DNA of 63,273 nt, counting the filler, from Choristocarpus tenellus KU-1152 (taxonomy: Eukaryota > Protista > Phaeophyceae), in NCBI GenBank assembly GCA_964200185.2. It is 10 parts of 10 records of this genome, joined end to end, with 100 filler letters (N's around TTAATTAATTAA, not from the genome) between each part and the next. Parts side by side here need not be neighbours in the genome. Positions count along the whole stretch, not along the records: positions 1 to 2,596 come from CAXNAD020026425.1; positions 2,697 to 11,641 come from CAXNAD020004172.1; positions 11,742 to 15,848 come from CAXNAD020016168.1; 7 more parts are not named here. The stretch is one strand, 5' to 3'. A program made the translations under genes and the position numbers. Shown piece after piece: positions 1-13,536 of this stretch; position 1 is the first letter of the stretch; every line of letters begins with the position of its first letter. The notes below the pieces were generated by a model. That model saw only the letters and a program-made list of their open reading frames with translations. It was not told where the DNA came from and made no database searches.

Positions 1-166
1 GGGGGGGGGGGGGGATCTACACCAGGGTGTCCATTTGGACGAAAATAAGAAAACGTTCATCTACATTATCCATCTGATGTATGCGACCAGGTCACACAAA
101 AATCGCGACAGATTAAAAATTAACCCCAAATGGACAGCTGCCACCCTCCCTCAGATACTTTGTGTC
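1..166 (-). mobile_element. MITE family B copy, truncated at window start
   Basis: Matches family B (poly-G, CTACACCAGGGTGTCCATTTGGAC ... CCCCAAATGGACAG ... CAGATACTTTG). Confidence 0.85.
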
Positions 167-368
167 CACTGATTTGGATGTCAAGATTGGACGTTATGGG
201 AGGAATCTATGTTGGTTAGAGGGGATATAAGGGGATATGTGACATCTGTATCCGTATATGGACAGGGTGGATCATTCGTGTGAGACATTGTTCCCTTAGA
301 AGCAATAAGAAGCGTTACTCACCTTGCCCGTCCATGACATGTGAATAGTTGGCACTCCGTCAACGAAG

Positions 369-1650
369 CTAGAATTCAGTACCTCGAAAGACTTCAGTGA
401 CAAAGACGACCTCATCTCCAGCACTGAACATCCCTCCGTAGCTGGAGTGGTGTCTGGAGTTCCATTCAATCGTGTCCTTGCGATGGACAGTGAACAGCAA
501 GAACTCTATACCATTGTACTCCGATGGCTGCGTCCGCAAAATGCATATGTTCCCCTCGGCCAGCTGTCTCTTCTTCCTCGACAGCTGACTTCTCATATAC
601 ATATCACCCGTTCCCGCTTCGTTGGAAAATCCGAGGTCTATCTCCTTGAGCGGGGGCACGTGGGTGAGTCGACACCTTCATTGGGCCAGGTTGCCAATGG
701 AACAGTTTGTGCAGTAGCACGATGACTGTCCAGTTCGGTGTATATCAATGTGAGTCAAAATAGCTTAGAGGGTAGAGCCACGTTCATTTGGGGGCCGAAA
801 TCCAATGTTGCAATTTTGATGTAAAATTGGGTATCAGAGCCAAAGTATCTTAGAGGGTAGAGCCATGTCCATTTGGGGGGCGAAATTCAATGTTGCAATT
901 TTGATATAATATTGGGTATCAGACCCAAAGTAACTTAGAGGGTAGAGCCACGTCCATTTGGGGGCCGAAATCCAATGTTGCAATTTTGATGTAAAATTGG
1001 GTATCATCATGTTTGTTAGGAGATGGCAATATCCTTGTTCCGGACGCACCTTTTCATAACGTATACATTTTACCCACTCCGAAATATTTTGGAGTAGGTA
1101 AAAATGTCATTAAAAACCGGTGGGAAGCCAAGCCTCAAACGGACAAAAAGGGAAAACCTCGTACCCTCTAAGATACTTTCACTCATGTACGGGAGCCTCC
1201 GGATGTGAGCCGACCAGTGAAGAACCTGTGCATGACTTGATTCTACTGAGGTTTGGGACACGTGGGTCGTGTCGTCTCGCACGGTCAATCTTGTAAGCCG
1301 GAAGGTGGACTATCTACTGTGTGCGGAACGTGTAGATGTGTAGAATGTTTGTATACGTGTTACTGTGCTGTCTGCCGTTCCTGTCCGTCCAATCCTAAGG
1401 GTTGTGGTGATTGTGCGTGTAAGGGGAGGGGCGGTACGTGTTGGAGTTAGTGTCGGCACCGAGGCATTGTGCTGTGACCGATTCGATGTGATTGTATTTT
1501 CTTTGTAGTAACAAATGATACCTATTGCTGTAAGGAGTGTTTGGTAACGACGAATGGCAGTGTGTGATGAAACCTAAAACTTGGAGTTATTGGTTAGTTT
1601 GCCGATTGGCAGACTTCTGAAAAATAGAGAGCCCTGGTTGCAAGACTGCA
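369..1650 (+). repeat. Dispersed duplicated segment (copy 1) with decayed ORF; paralogous to 28125-28955 and interrupted by MITE A
   Basis: ORF 447-725 (VSGVPFNRVLAMDSEQQELYTIVLRWLRP) is near-identical to ORF 28045-28425; similarity resumes after the MITE. Confidence 0.9.
752..1184 (+). mobile_element. MITE family A copy with triplicated left end; TSD ATGT
   Basis: TIRs GAGTCAAA..TTAGAGGGTA / TACCCTCTAAGATACTTTCACTC; ATGT at 748-751 and 1185-1188; empty site at 28498-28501. Confidence 0.95.
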
Positions 1651-2560
1651 TGGACTTTGAGCGGTCGATTAAGAGGTGTGCGTATGAGCGATCATACTGA
1701 AATTCGTGTTGTCAGCACGAAGGGAAGGCATGGATATGACATAATGGGTCGACGAAATCTATTGCCTTGGTGGAATATATGGGTTAGCAAGGGGCGGGAG
1801 AGTGCAGAGTGTCGCAAGTTGCAAACAGGGATTAATTATTGTGAGTGGAGAAAATCATACACGTGGTTCATGTGGTATATATTCCTGCAGGAAGTGATGG
1901 ATATGTGGCCGACATTGTTACGTGAAAGGAAACAAAAGCTTGGAGGTTTGGGTTAGTTTACCGATTATTAGGCTCATTCTAAATTGAGGGCGATGATTGC
2001 AAGTGTGCACAGACGGTGTGCAGTCGATTAATAAATGCACATGTGCATTTATCATGTGATTTGTTGCGTCAACGCGAGGGAAGGTGCGGATGTGACATAA
2101 TGGGTCAACGATATGTATTGCATGATTAGTGTATGGGTTATCAAGGGGCGGGAGGGTGCAAACTCATACGAGTGGCAAGGAGGGATCAGGTCCAGGGGGC
2201 GGGGAGAATCATGCATGTAGTGTATGTGTTATATATTCCTGCAACAAGCGATGGGTATATGGTTGATGTTAGCACTGGAAAGAAAAGAGGAAGTTGTAAT
2301 TTTGCGCGAGTTTACCGATTGGCAGACTTGTACAATAAAGGGAGCGATGGTTGTAAGTGTATATAGACTATCTGTGCAGTCATTTCGTAAGTGCATTGTG
2401 TTATTTTGACGCTACGCGTCATGTCGACGTGAAGGGAGTGACGGATGTGGCATTAGTTTGAACGGTACGTGTTGAGTGTTTGTTATATATGTGGACAAGG
2501 GGTGTACGTGTTGGGGTTGTCGTCGGTGGCAAACAGAGGCCGAACTCTGTGAGTGTGGGG
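1400..2560. repeat. Degenerate tandem array, unit ~355 bp, 3-4 units
   Basis: AGTTT(G/A)CCGATT recurs at 1596, 1955, 2309; GACATAATGGGTC and AAGGGG-CGGGAG motifs recur at a similar spacing. Confidence 0.7.
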
Positions 2561-2596
2561 GGGGGGGGGGGTGTGGGGGGGGGGTTGGCGACCTTT

Positions 2597-2696
2597 NNNN
2601 NNNNNNNNNNNNNNNNNNNNNNNNNNNNNNNNNNNNNNNNTTAATTAATTAANNNNNNNNNNNNNNNNNNNNNNNNNNNNNNNNNNNNNNNNNNNN
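2597..2696. other. Artificial contig-joining spacer
   Basis: N-run + TTAATTAATTAA (stops in all six frames) + N-run, 100 bp. Confidence 0.98.
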
Positions 2697-4717
2697 TCCT
2701 TCATCTTGTACAATAGTCTTGTGGAGGCAGACTGCAACCCCCCCCCTCCCCAACATATAATACTGAAAAAACAAACAAAATTAGAGAACGTTTGTGCCAG
2801 AAACGACACGGATAAGAAAGAATGAACCTGTTATAATTGTTTGATCCCCTAATTACTTTGTTGAGATACTTGTACATACTTCCAATGCCTCCATCCCCTT
2901 TATATTGTCCTGCTGGCTCTTCCTCTTTGCCATGACCTACTCAATTATGGCAACATGTCCAATGCAATGGTGTGTGTTGTTTTGGTTGCACGATCTTGAG
3001 AGCAGTGCTGCCCTGATCGCAGTGGCCACTGGAATTGAGCTTTCCACAGATGGAGCAGGTTCCTCGGTGCTGGTGGGGGAGGCTGGGGAGTTCGTGCGTT
3101 GGCTGGAGGCGTGTGCTGGGGGAAGAGGGATTCGAGAGGGGACTGAGGGGTTGGCGGATGATGAGGGGTTACAGGAACTTGCATCTTCTGTCTTGAGTCA
3201 TAGAAGTGTGAGGGCTCTGTCGTATTACTAGTGGTGATGTGGGTGTGTTACCTTTTCAAAGGAAAATGGCATGTAAATGGTACATATATATTGTATATAA
3301 ATTGTACATCTGGAGATCTGTTGTACATGTATTGAGTTCTGTGTGTGCGTCTGCTCTCGAAGAATGAGATTTTGCTGTGTTCGCTTTTCCTTTTATTGCA
3401 AGTTCTTTCTTGGACAGAGATAGTCGAAGTATAAATGCAAGGGAAAGGGAAATCCTAACCATGCCATGAACTGAAGCTGTGGTGTGAGTTGCGACCACTG
3501 CAGGTTTTGTAATGAAGCAATGGCGAATGATGGAGACCACTAACATGGAAGGAATTAATCTGTTTTGGGGTATAGTCCTTCAGCTATAGTCGTAGAGCCC
3601 TTAGAGTGTGCTGGCAAAGTACGATCCCCTGTCTCCACTATTTTCTCGACAAGGTTGCTGTGATGGCGTTTGCATCTCTGGTAGAAGCACAAGTGGATCT
3701 CTCCAAAGCCAAGACCAGCGCCCAAAAGACCCAGCTCCAGCTCTACTATTGTGCATGTACCTTGCCAATGGACAGAGATGATGCTGTTATCTCTTTGGGG
3801 CACAGAATAATTCAGGCATCTCGAATACACTTGATAGGATGTCCATCAGGCTCCTTTCTCATCGGTCTGAGGAATGTAGTACCAGTTTTGGAAGTAATGG
3901 ATCTGCCTGTACAACTTGCCTTCGTAAGTACAAAGATCACACGTACGCTGTAGACTCTACTGCCATGCTGTCCTCCATCAGGTAACAGTACTTTTGTTCA
4001 AGTTACACATTTCTGTAATCTTTAAACGGATGGCGAATGTTTTAAAAACCTTATATTTTATATAATTTCGTTGTTACAATAGAACAAAAAACATACCAAA
4101 ACCTAAAACTCGGAATTATTCCTCCGACCTTGAAGAAAGATTACAACTCAGATATCGACCAGAAAAGAATATCCCCCCCCTTATCTCAACCACCGCTAGT
4201 AGAAAAAATGGTGCGGATTGAGGTTTGAGACCCTGGACATTCCTGAAATGGTGCAGTGACAGTTGCTGATTTTCTTGCTTCTGAATGTATAGTGCACCCT
4301 GGGATGTAACTGTATTGTATCGTACCTATGTGTATGGTCCATTGATCAGTTTAGGTGGGAGAGGGACCTTGCAGCGATAGTGGTTGACCTGACAAGGAAC
4401 TAGGTTTATAGTTGGAGTTTTATAATCGGTTGGGGAAAAATATTTGAACAACTCGAAATCCTAATGGTCTAATCATGGTTTTTGTACTACCTTCCCCTCG
4501 TCCCATCTTCTACATCAGTTCATACACCCAGTGCATGCAGGAGTCCTGTGACTCTTGCCGATCCCAATTCGACAGTAACCAATCAGTGACCTCCGCTGAC
4601 CCCAAGATTTTTTAGACTTGGGTTGCTTTCCGGATAGCTTCAAAGCGTGCAAGTAGGGATGGGTGACTATAAGCCTAGGTTGCAACCGTGGTGTATACTG
4701 GGTATGAGTGTCTTTTG

Positions 4718-4874
4718 GGCTCAAAGTATCTTGGGGGGGGGGTGGCGGCTGTCCATTTTGGGTCCATTTTTCCATGTTGCAATTTATGGGTGATTTGGTT
4801 GCATGTGTCATATGGATAATGTAAGTGCACTTTTCCTGGTCAGGGTCCCCCACCCCCCCCAAATACTTTGGGCC
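4718..4874 (+). mobile_element. MITE family B copy (internally deleted); TSD TTG
   Basis: GGCTCAAAGTATCTTGGGG ... CCCCAAATACTTTGGGCC flanked by TTG on both sides. Confidence 0.9.
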
Positions 4875-5899
4875 TTGCACACAATAAGCAATTATCTCTT
4901 CTGTCGGTTCTCATGCTTCCACCTGTGACACTCTCTAATTTGCATAGGCAGATAGAAGGGAAATTGTTTACCTGGTCACTTCTTTGGCTCTGTGCTTGAG
5001 CAATTGCTCAGATAGGGCAAGGAATCAGAAACGAGCTAATTTACTCTGCATTGTCCTTCACCGCGCTCGAATTGTACTGAAAGTGCCCAATTTTCATTCA
5101 TCACCCCAGAAGTGGGAATCGGATGCTCCAAAGTAGTTAAGGTTTGGCCATTCTTCACAGAAGATACGTGGGCGATCGATTGGGGGGCAAGGCCTTTACA
5201 GGGAAAGGAGAAAATTGTGGTCGTTCCATGAGCAGTGATCCTGCTTGTCCGAACCAAGTCGCAAAACAGTGGCCAAAGTGAACCAAAAATCAGAAGTCAA
5301 ACGGAATGTCGACTACATTTCCTTTCGTAACAAAAAAAAAAACAGTGGATATTTTCTGAGAGTTCCTACTGTAAGTGGCAACATGTACTACAAGAGTGGT
5401 AGTTCTGCCGTCTTTTGTAAATATGTATATTAGCAAGTTATGAGGAAAGATTATGAGTTCAAGTAGATGCCAATGTTCAGCCCCTTTGTTTGCAGCAGTA
5501 TATATAGTAGAGGTTTAGTGGCAAAGACGTCAGCAGGTTATTTATTTTACAAACGTATTCCGAACAATAGCACGTTTGATGCCTTTAGTTGTTGAGAAAA
5601 TGTGTTTTTCTTTGCCCTCCTCCTAGTAGTGGCAAATATATATTACATATAAATTTATCTACCTGATACCAATGATATTGCAGGAGTGCATAAAAATAGC
5701 TGGATGTTGGAAGTGAAGGAGAGAAAAAAAAAACGTTGCCATTGAGATAACCTCAAAATTGTATAAAAATACCAACAAATTGATTGAGGGAGAAGTGGCA
5801 CGTAGGATCAACAAAATTTACGCCACTGGGATAGCCTCTAAGCCAATAGAGTACATTATGCAAACACAATATACAATATCCCCTACCCTGCGTGCCACA

Positions 5900-7280
5900 T
5901 TGCATCACATATTTTCCGCCTATGCCACCCATAAATCATAAGAGACTGTGTGTGGCACACAAAGATAAGAGCATACACACAACCCTGTCAACAACACATT
6001 CCTCAAGCGGCTGATACTTGAAGTATATTCATGGTGCCAGAGGTATGAAAAACTTTTCAATGCCCTAGTTGGCATTTCCTGAAAATCACGAACTGATGTC
6101 ACCCTTCCAGGATTTTCCAACTCTATTGGACGTCCTAGAATGTAACACATTTTCAAATACGTCTACATATTTTCCCTGCTCTCCTTGACCCCAGCCCAAC
6201 AAACACCCCTTCCTTCTACATCCCCTAAAATCTCCTCTGCTGCTGTTAACACTCTTGTCTCCTCTACTGGCAACTTCTCCGACAGGAATGTCAAAGACAC
6301 GTCAATCCTGAAGTACCTACCAAACTCGAGTGCCCGTCCAAACTCCAAATTTTTTATCTTGTTCCTCTTTTTCTTTGGATGCGATCTATCCCTGTAATTT
6401 AGCGATGGTGTGTATCCTGTCACCGAACGAAGTAATTGGAGACTTCCTAGTTAGTAGTTCCTCCCCCTCCACTTCCCGTTCCTCCTTGAGTGCCTCCGTT
6501 GGTCTTGCTGACCCCCCCCAGCAGCGTATACACCCTGAACTGAGACAGCATGCTTTGGCCTCTGAAGGAAGGGGTTGAGGGAGAAGTAGGATAGGTGGCA
6601 ATGTTTTATGGACGGAAGAGGAGGGAGAAAAGATAGAGACACAAGGACATGATGATGGTTGGGGAATGATATAGAGGTGTGACACATCTGTTAGGCTCAC
6701 AATGTCCTTCAAGAGCAATAATGATTGGTTTGTATATAATGATCTCGTAGCATGGGAAGATATACTTGTTTAAGTGACCATGGCTTGGCCACACAGTCAC
6801 GATGACTGATGACTGCAGGGGAATCAGGCTCTTGCCATTATTCCAACATAGAATGGATTGCTGTATTCCCTGCAGCAAGCTTGATCAACATTCTTGTTTT
6901 AGATACCAGAGTAACTGATAAATTATGAACCCTGGTAACTCGGTTTTGAAGGACTTGAATGGAGATAGGAGGTTGGCATAAATCTATACTGAGAAAGTCA
7001 GATGTCTTGTTTGAGTCTCTAGTTGACAGGTGCGGAAGTCTGTTCCGAAAATTCATCCCCTGTGAACAAGCTGAAGCGACAAGGATACTTAATGAGTTAC
7101 CCAGGTAACTTGGGATTGTTAGAAAATGGCAAACCGATATGTTCTTCGCCACATGTGGGAGATGTTTTTCTTACTGTGGACGAGGGTTGCACTTGTACTT
7201 CTCCCAAACAGAACCGAGCAGCCGCTGCAATCACCCTCACAGCCATAGATCCTGACTCAATCCTCACACAATGCAACCCC
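5900..7280 (-). pseudogene. Highly decayed non-LTR (LINE/RTE-like) reverse transcriptase remnant
   Basis: Minus-strand fragments GNSLSILVASACSQG, NFRNRLPHLSTRD and FLSIDLCQ resemble the NYRGISL, GFRxxRST and FIDLxKA motifs in the correct order; many stops. Confidence 0.35.
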
Positions 7281-7283
7281 GTT

Positions 7284-7539
7284 GAGTAAAAGTATCTTAG
7301 AGGGTACAAGTTTTGCCCTGTTTGTCCGTTGGCTTGACTTCCCATGGGGTTCTTCGTGACATTTTCCTACTCCAAAATTTTTCAGTGTAGGTAAAATGTA
7401 TGCATTTTGAAAAGGTGCGATTAGAACAAGGATATTGACACTTCCTAACAAATACAATAACCAAAAATACATCAAAGTCGCAACTTTGGATTTTGGCCCT
7501 CAATTGGATGCGGCTCTACTCTCTAAGATACGTTGGCTC
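7284..7539 (-). mobile_element. MITE family A copy
   Basis: Family A TIRs and internal sequence; no clean TSD. Confidence 0.9.
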
Positions 7540-7651
7540 ATACACACAATCTAAAACACCCTGCCTCTATATTGTAACCAATCTACAAACAAATGTCCGT
7601 GCACAGATGCACATACACGCGCGCGCGCACACACACCTGTATGGGTCATCC

Positions 7652-10600
7652 CTATTTTGAACTGCAGAGAAGTATTGCGTCATTTGGGTAAGGTACTAAG
7701 AGTACAAGAAGACAATTCATGCAACGTTGGAGACCTCTATCAGAAAGGTTTAAGAGATATGATACGACTGACCGATCCTCCTCCTGCAGATGCATGGTGG
7801 GGGTGAGGCGACTCGGTAAATGCTTTACTAAACAATTCCTGCTCAGTAGGTGCTTTACCAAGAAGCAGAAAAAATAATATGTGCAGGAATTTTTCAAATG
7901 CGTACACCCACGAGGATTTGGGGTTGGATACATAAAATTACACCGGATTTATCAAATAGCACTCCTTTCTACAGGGAGGGAGTCTTTCCCTATGATGTAT
8001 ATGAATTTGGTGGATATTTAGTTTTTGTCTTGGAAATTGTTTTTTGGAAAAGGTGAGAAAAAGTACCCCCAGTAGATCTGTGCCAGAGTGCCCTTAATAT
8101 TTGTTACTGTTGCTGCGTGACATTAAATAGGTTTGACAGTTACACTTAAACAGAAAAACTTAGAGGCGTCATATTTAGGAGGCAGAAAGAATGTTGGTCA
8201 TATTGATTTATAGCATATCCCTCTTTGCCCTTTTCCATGGCATGTTTCTATATTTCCCGGAGTATTGTCTCCAATCCACCTCAAAATACACACAACTTCC
8301 TCCAAATCAAGCTCCAGTAATTTCATGATTGAAAATCCAAACTACCAAAAAGAGAAAATTATGCGGATCTCCATTGACAACCTGCCTCCCTTTTCTCATC
8401 CCTCTTTTGATTCCCATGCCCTTCCCAGCCCCCCACTCCTGTCATCTAGACTCTGTGGGATGCCGCCGTGGCTGGCTCACCTCGTGAGCATCCAGGATAG
8501 TACTGAGGGCGTTCAATCTCTGCACAATTTGTTTACTGCTGATTGGTCCTGAATCTGAACCCTGCCCCAATCCTGACTCTGTTACATGACTCACAAGATT
8601 GAGCTCATGGACCTCCTTCGACGATGACTGGAGGAACACAACAAGAGAGGACAAGATTGTTACATTGGAACTAAGTGTTGTCTATGCACCACTTGGAAGG
8701 TGTGCATTGTGTGCTTCATTATTATATCAATCCCCTAAGTCACACACCTCAGATGCTTATCGTTTTGTAATACATAGGCATTCAAGTTCTAAGCAGTACA
8801 TATTTACACCCAATAGGGGATCAGGGAAGTAAATAATGTAACATGGAGATTGTGTGGATCTTAATTGATGGAACGAGGTCTACATTAGGATAGTGGCCAC
8901 AGCATTCAGGACTCACAGGTTCCTTCGAAAGTAGATACCCCCAGAATCGGAATGATACAATTCAAAATACTATGTGGTAGTTCATAATATCATGAAGGCG
9001 TTAAAGTCAGGGAGAACATGATGACCACTCCAGAGTACTCCAAATCGAATTAAAAACCCACTATGATGATATCCCTCATCTCCTTCCTTCTGCTCTGTCA
9101 TGCGCTCCTGACCCTTCATCTCCCGTCTACCGCAACAATCATTGCTTCCAATCAACACTTGTATGACCCAGGCATACTTTGTGTACCTCTTTATGTTTTG
9201 TTATCCCTAACTTGCACCTCTTCCTCTTCTCCTCTTCCTAATTGACCATATCCCCGTGCTTTTCTTGTCAGTCATCTTTCACCTATCTCTATGTCATCAT
9301 CCCTCACTATTTCTCCAACCATAAGCCCTTGATCTTCCTTGCATGCATGTTTTTCATTCTACAGTGCTCCAACCGATCCATCCTACCATTCCACTACTCC
9401 TTTCTTCCCTCCCTTCCCAACCCTCCTTTGTTGGTCTTCTTGAGCCATCTTGCCCTGCATGCCCACTTCACACCTTCACGTTTCCCTCCCATAGAGCAAC
9501 CTTGGTCTCTAAGTTAGCTACAGCGGTTGCCACCATTTCCAGGGCAGCCTGTATACCATTTGCCACCCTACGTGCTCTGTGTTCCCTTTCCCGTTGAGCA
9601 AGAAGGCGACGAACAAGACACTGTAGAACTACTACAGAGCGGTTCTCCTCCCTCTCCCACAAAATTCTACACTTCCTGATATAGTAGAAAGGCAGGTAGT
9701 TCCCAGTGTAGTGGCAGGGGGTGGATAGGAGGAAAAAAGGAAAGTGTGAACTATTACCGTAGATAATCTTTGGCCATTCCCACAGTGATTTCAGCACATA
9801 ACAATACTTTCAATTCACTACACAGTGATACAAGTGAGCTAGAAGGCAGGCGCGATTCTGTGACTGCAGGGTATGAAAGGAACCTTAATCCGCCTGATAA
9901 TTCAGAGTCTAGCCTCTCTGACCATGGCCTAATGCGTAAGTGTTCCCAATGTATCCGATTGAGGATCGCCTGTTTCCATCCTCCACCTTAATCGAGCGAG
10001 CTTTCCTCGAATGTGGGATTGCAGAAGGCAAGCAGCATATTGGCGATCCTCCACCTCCCAGTCAGTTGGATGAACCCTTTGCCACCACCTCTGTACATAG
10101 TGTGTAGAAAGTAGAATATGAAAAATAAATAACAATGCAGCCAGCTGCTGTTAGTCGGTAAGTGCTGACTCATGGTACTACCGACAATTAGAAAACCTAA
10201 ACTTTTTTAGATCGTGGTGGAATATACGCGCCTTTGAACAGAGGATGAGTGAAAGTATCTTAGAGGGTACAAGTTTTGCCCTATTTGTCCGTTTGGGGCT
10301 TGGCTTCCCATGGGTTATTTTATGACATTTCAGAATAGGTAAGATGTTTACATTACGAAAAGGTGTGTCCGGAATAAGGATACTGACACTTCCTAACAAA
10401 CACGGTAGCCAAATTTTATCAAAGTCGCAACATTGGTTTTTTTCTCCCAAATGGACGTGACTCTACCCTCTAAGATGCTTTGACTCGGATAGCAGTCAGA
10501 AGCTGAACAATTCTATGTAGAACTGAATAGGGGTGCTGCATTAGCAGGGAGATGAGCTAGCACGGGGGAGGTACCTATATTTGTGGATTTCTCAGCTTGT

Positions 10601-11463
10601 CAGTAGTGGATTGATGGGTGTAGCGAGATAAGCTTATTTGCAAGAAGAAATTGCAAAATATGTGTGGAAAGACTGGATCGACTCTTACCTTGATAGTCAC
10701 TGCAGCACAGTGTTGGATCCATCGTCTTTGGGATTCCATCACTCTCTGTCTTCTTGCCTTCTCAGCAATCATCTCGTCCAACAACTCAAGTTTGGCCATC
10801 GCGTTGAGCTCCTTACAATCGCCATGCACCATTGACAAAGCTAGGTCAAAACTGTTGTGCTCATATTTACGGTACAATAGTATAGAAGTATCGTTCTAGG
10901 GCACATTGCTGCTTCTTGTGGAAACCTCAATGATTACAAGCATTTTTGCAGCTTGAAATTAGGTGGAAACAGACTTCCTACACAGATTCAGGACTACAGG
11001 GTGAATTGGCAAAGTTCATTATTTATTTGTGTGTGTGCGTGTGTGTGTGTCTTGTTTGCTTCGACTCTCGGAGTACAAAAAAAACTGTTGGACCTTAGAC
11101 ATACTGCAGTGTTACACATAGCGGACTTTTTTCGGGCAGCCCAGCAAATAATCCGGAAATTTTCTTCTCTCTACCAACTAAGAAATTGGCAGCAGGGGAT
11201 GACATCACATACTACAATTTACCGAAAATGGTAAATTATTTCGCATATACCATTATTGTTTTTTTTCATAGTCATAACACACCTTTGACTAAACGGAGAC
11301 CCTATATTTTCACACTGACAAGCAAGCAGTGTTGAGGATCAGTACTCCCTCACTGAGTTTAATATTGCAGTCAAACCGTCTCACCGGTATTGGACTGAGC
11401 GCTTGCTTCTTAAGAGAGGTATGGGCATCCTTTTGACTATTCGTAAAATCCCACTTACTGCGC
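7652..11463 (-). CDS. IQ-motif (calmodulin-binding) protein, 5'-partial; exons 11385-11463, 10689-10895, 9987-10090, 9474-9675, 8481-8627, 7652-7783
   Basis: GT-AG junctions with matching phases (0,0,2,0,0); splicing creates AAVTIK|RWWQR; also AACLLQSHIRGKLAR and VVVLQCLVRRLLAQR IQ-like motifs; stop at 7652. Confidence 0.75.
10247..10486 (-). mobile_element. MITE family A copy in intron; TSD GGAT
   Basis: TIRs present; GGAT at 10243-10246 and 10487-10490. Confidence 0.93.
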
Positions 11464-11606
11464 CTGATGATAGATGGGTTAATATGCTGGCTTGTCCCTC
11501 CATACCCCCAAGAATCGGTCCCTACCTCTCCCTTCCTTTGTCCCTTCACCACTTCTTCATACCTTTTCCATGTTCCCACTCCCCCTTGCAGTCTCTGAAC
11601 ATGTGC

Positions 11607-11641
11607 AAAACAAAGTATCTGGGGTGAGGGGGGGGGGGGGG
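11607..11641. mobile_element. MITE family B terminus at contig end
   Basis: CAAAGTATCTGGGG followed by poly-G into the gap. Confidence 0.75.
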
Positions 11642-11741
11642 NNNNNNNNNNNNNNNNNNNNNNNNNNNNNNNNNNNNNNNNNNNNTTAATTAATTAANNN
11701 NNNNNNNNNNNNNNNNNNNNNNNNNNNNNNNNNNNNNNNNN
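11642..11741. other. Artificial contig-joining spacer
   Basis: N-TTAATTAATTAA-N, 100 bp. Confidence 0.98.
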
Positions 11742-12400
11742 GATTTGAGTTGTACATCCTGGAAGGTGAGCATTGAGGGGCGCCTGTAACAGTAATACAT
11801 GAGGCCAACAGGCAGTGCCACCAACTTCTTGATCACATTTTATGTTAGCTTTTTCCAAATAATTATTGGGGTACAAAATACACCAAGAGCAACGACTGAG
11901 TACAGTACTTCCTATCCTCAATCCGGACGCCGCCAGAACGACAGGGTGGACCTTCAATATGCGTCTTTTGAAGTACTTATCAAATGTCCAACGTTTTTTT
12001 GTTTTCCAAATGCCCCTTATATTTCCTCCATTCGAGATCAGAAGATAGGATCTATAAAATATCTGCCATGCTCCTGGCCAACGATTTTGAGGTCAAATCG
12101 AAAATTTGTACCAGTTGAAATTCGAACTTTTCCCATCAATGCTGTCAACAAAGTGCGATTTTCCCCCCTGCTTTTCATGAGAAATCTAGGCACCCAGGGC
12201 TGACTCCACCTCCACTCGTACATCATTGAAAATGGAGTCGTGATGGGTAGTGCTTGGAGTTGAAATTGTAGTCAGTGGCCTGTACCACTACCCACGACTG
12301 AACCAGCCAGCCCCATTCTTAATATACTGAAAGATATGTGGTGAGTGGTGAGGCAATAGGTTACTGCCAATGGCTCCCTGTAGAGTGGTTGGGTGCCACT

Positions 12401-12659
12401 GAGTCAAACCAACTGAGAGGTAGGCAGAGTTGGATATTAAGGATCCCGAGAAGGGATAAAAGACGCCGCTTTGTACAAATGGCAAAAGAGACTTTGATTG
12501 ATTATGGTGTCATTGTGTGTGTGGAAAGAGGGATATCAATTTTGCATACAGTATTGTGCACATAAAGCAACGAAATAGAGTGCATTGCAAAGGGTAAGAA
12601 AGATTACTTAGAGTGCAATAGGGTTCAAGCCTGCCTACCTCTCTCAATTGATTTGGCTC
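12401..12659 (+). mobile_element. MITE family C copy; TSD ACT
   Basis: TIR GAGTCAAACCAACTGAGAGGTAGGCAG ... CTGCCTACCTCTCTCAATTGATTTGGCTC; ACT on both flanks. Confidence 0.88.
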
Positions 12660-13536
12660 ACTACCCACAATTGAAGGGCGGGTCGCATTTCTGTAAGGGG
12701 TGTGGGAAGATACTGCAAAAAAACAATGTGTGCAAACCTTTATTCTCTCGAGGATCTGATCAAGTTTTTTTCGTGGAGGGCTTAACCTCGGTACTCTTAA
12801 GGGGGAGTCAATATGGAGGGCGGACACTGGACTCTGGTGTCAAGTTCAGGCGGAGGCCAGTTTCCACCTCCAAACACTAGAGGGACTGAGTCATCCCGGG
12901 TTTGTACCTATGTTGTGTAGGTGGATGTGGCTCGAGGCAAGAGGCAACACAACATGCAAGCCTTCCTTGGCAGTACAGACAACTCTTCTTTCCTCGAGGG
13001 TGATACTGACACATGGAGGGTGGAAGGGAGCAGGAAGGCAAACTGTGCTGGGGTTGACATTTAGCACCGAAACCTCAAATGACTACTTCCTCACATGAGT
13101 CATACACAAATATCAGTACCAGCGTAAACACATTGATCCGACCACCGGTGCAGGAGGACATGCGAGAGGGTGGTTGGTCTAGGGTTGGGGGTACGAATGA
13201 AGCAGGGATCATTATGTAGGATTAACTACTGTTTTGTCATATCTTATTATGTTAATGTTATAATAGACATGACGATCATGTTTTCCCATGAGGGAGAACC
13301 ACAAACAGTGTGACGATATAAAACAAACCCCTGTTTTTTCCCACAAAATAGTGCAGAGGTTCATCTCACACCAGCATGTCCCCTCTTAATAATATCCTTG
13401 AATTTTTTAGGAAACAGTATACGGTGGTGTGTTGTATGAGGATAGTTTCACCACAGCAGTATCAAGGATAACTTAAGATTTTCAGCAAGAAGGACATCAT
13501 ATCGCACCCCATCATGTCCATTTTCCTCGAGCAAAT

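Noticed and set aside
752-1006. 85-bp periodic repeats as a CRISPR-like array
   Set aside because: The whole unit is repeated and equals the MITE A left end
3256-3960. IRHCFIT motif suggesting a tyrosine recombinase (Crypton/DIRS)
   Set aside because: A single short motif; the other catalytic residues could not be placed in a consistent frame
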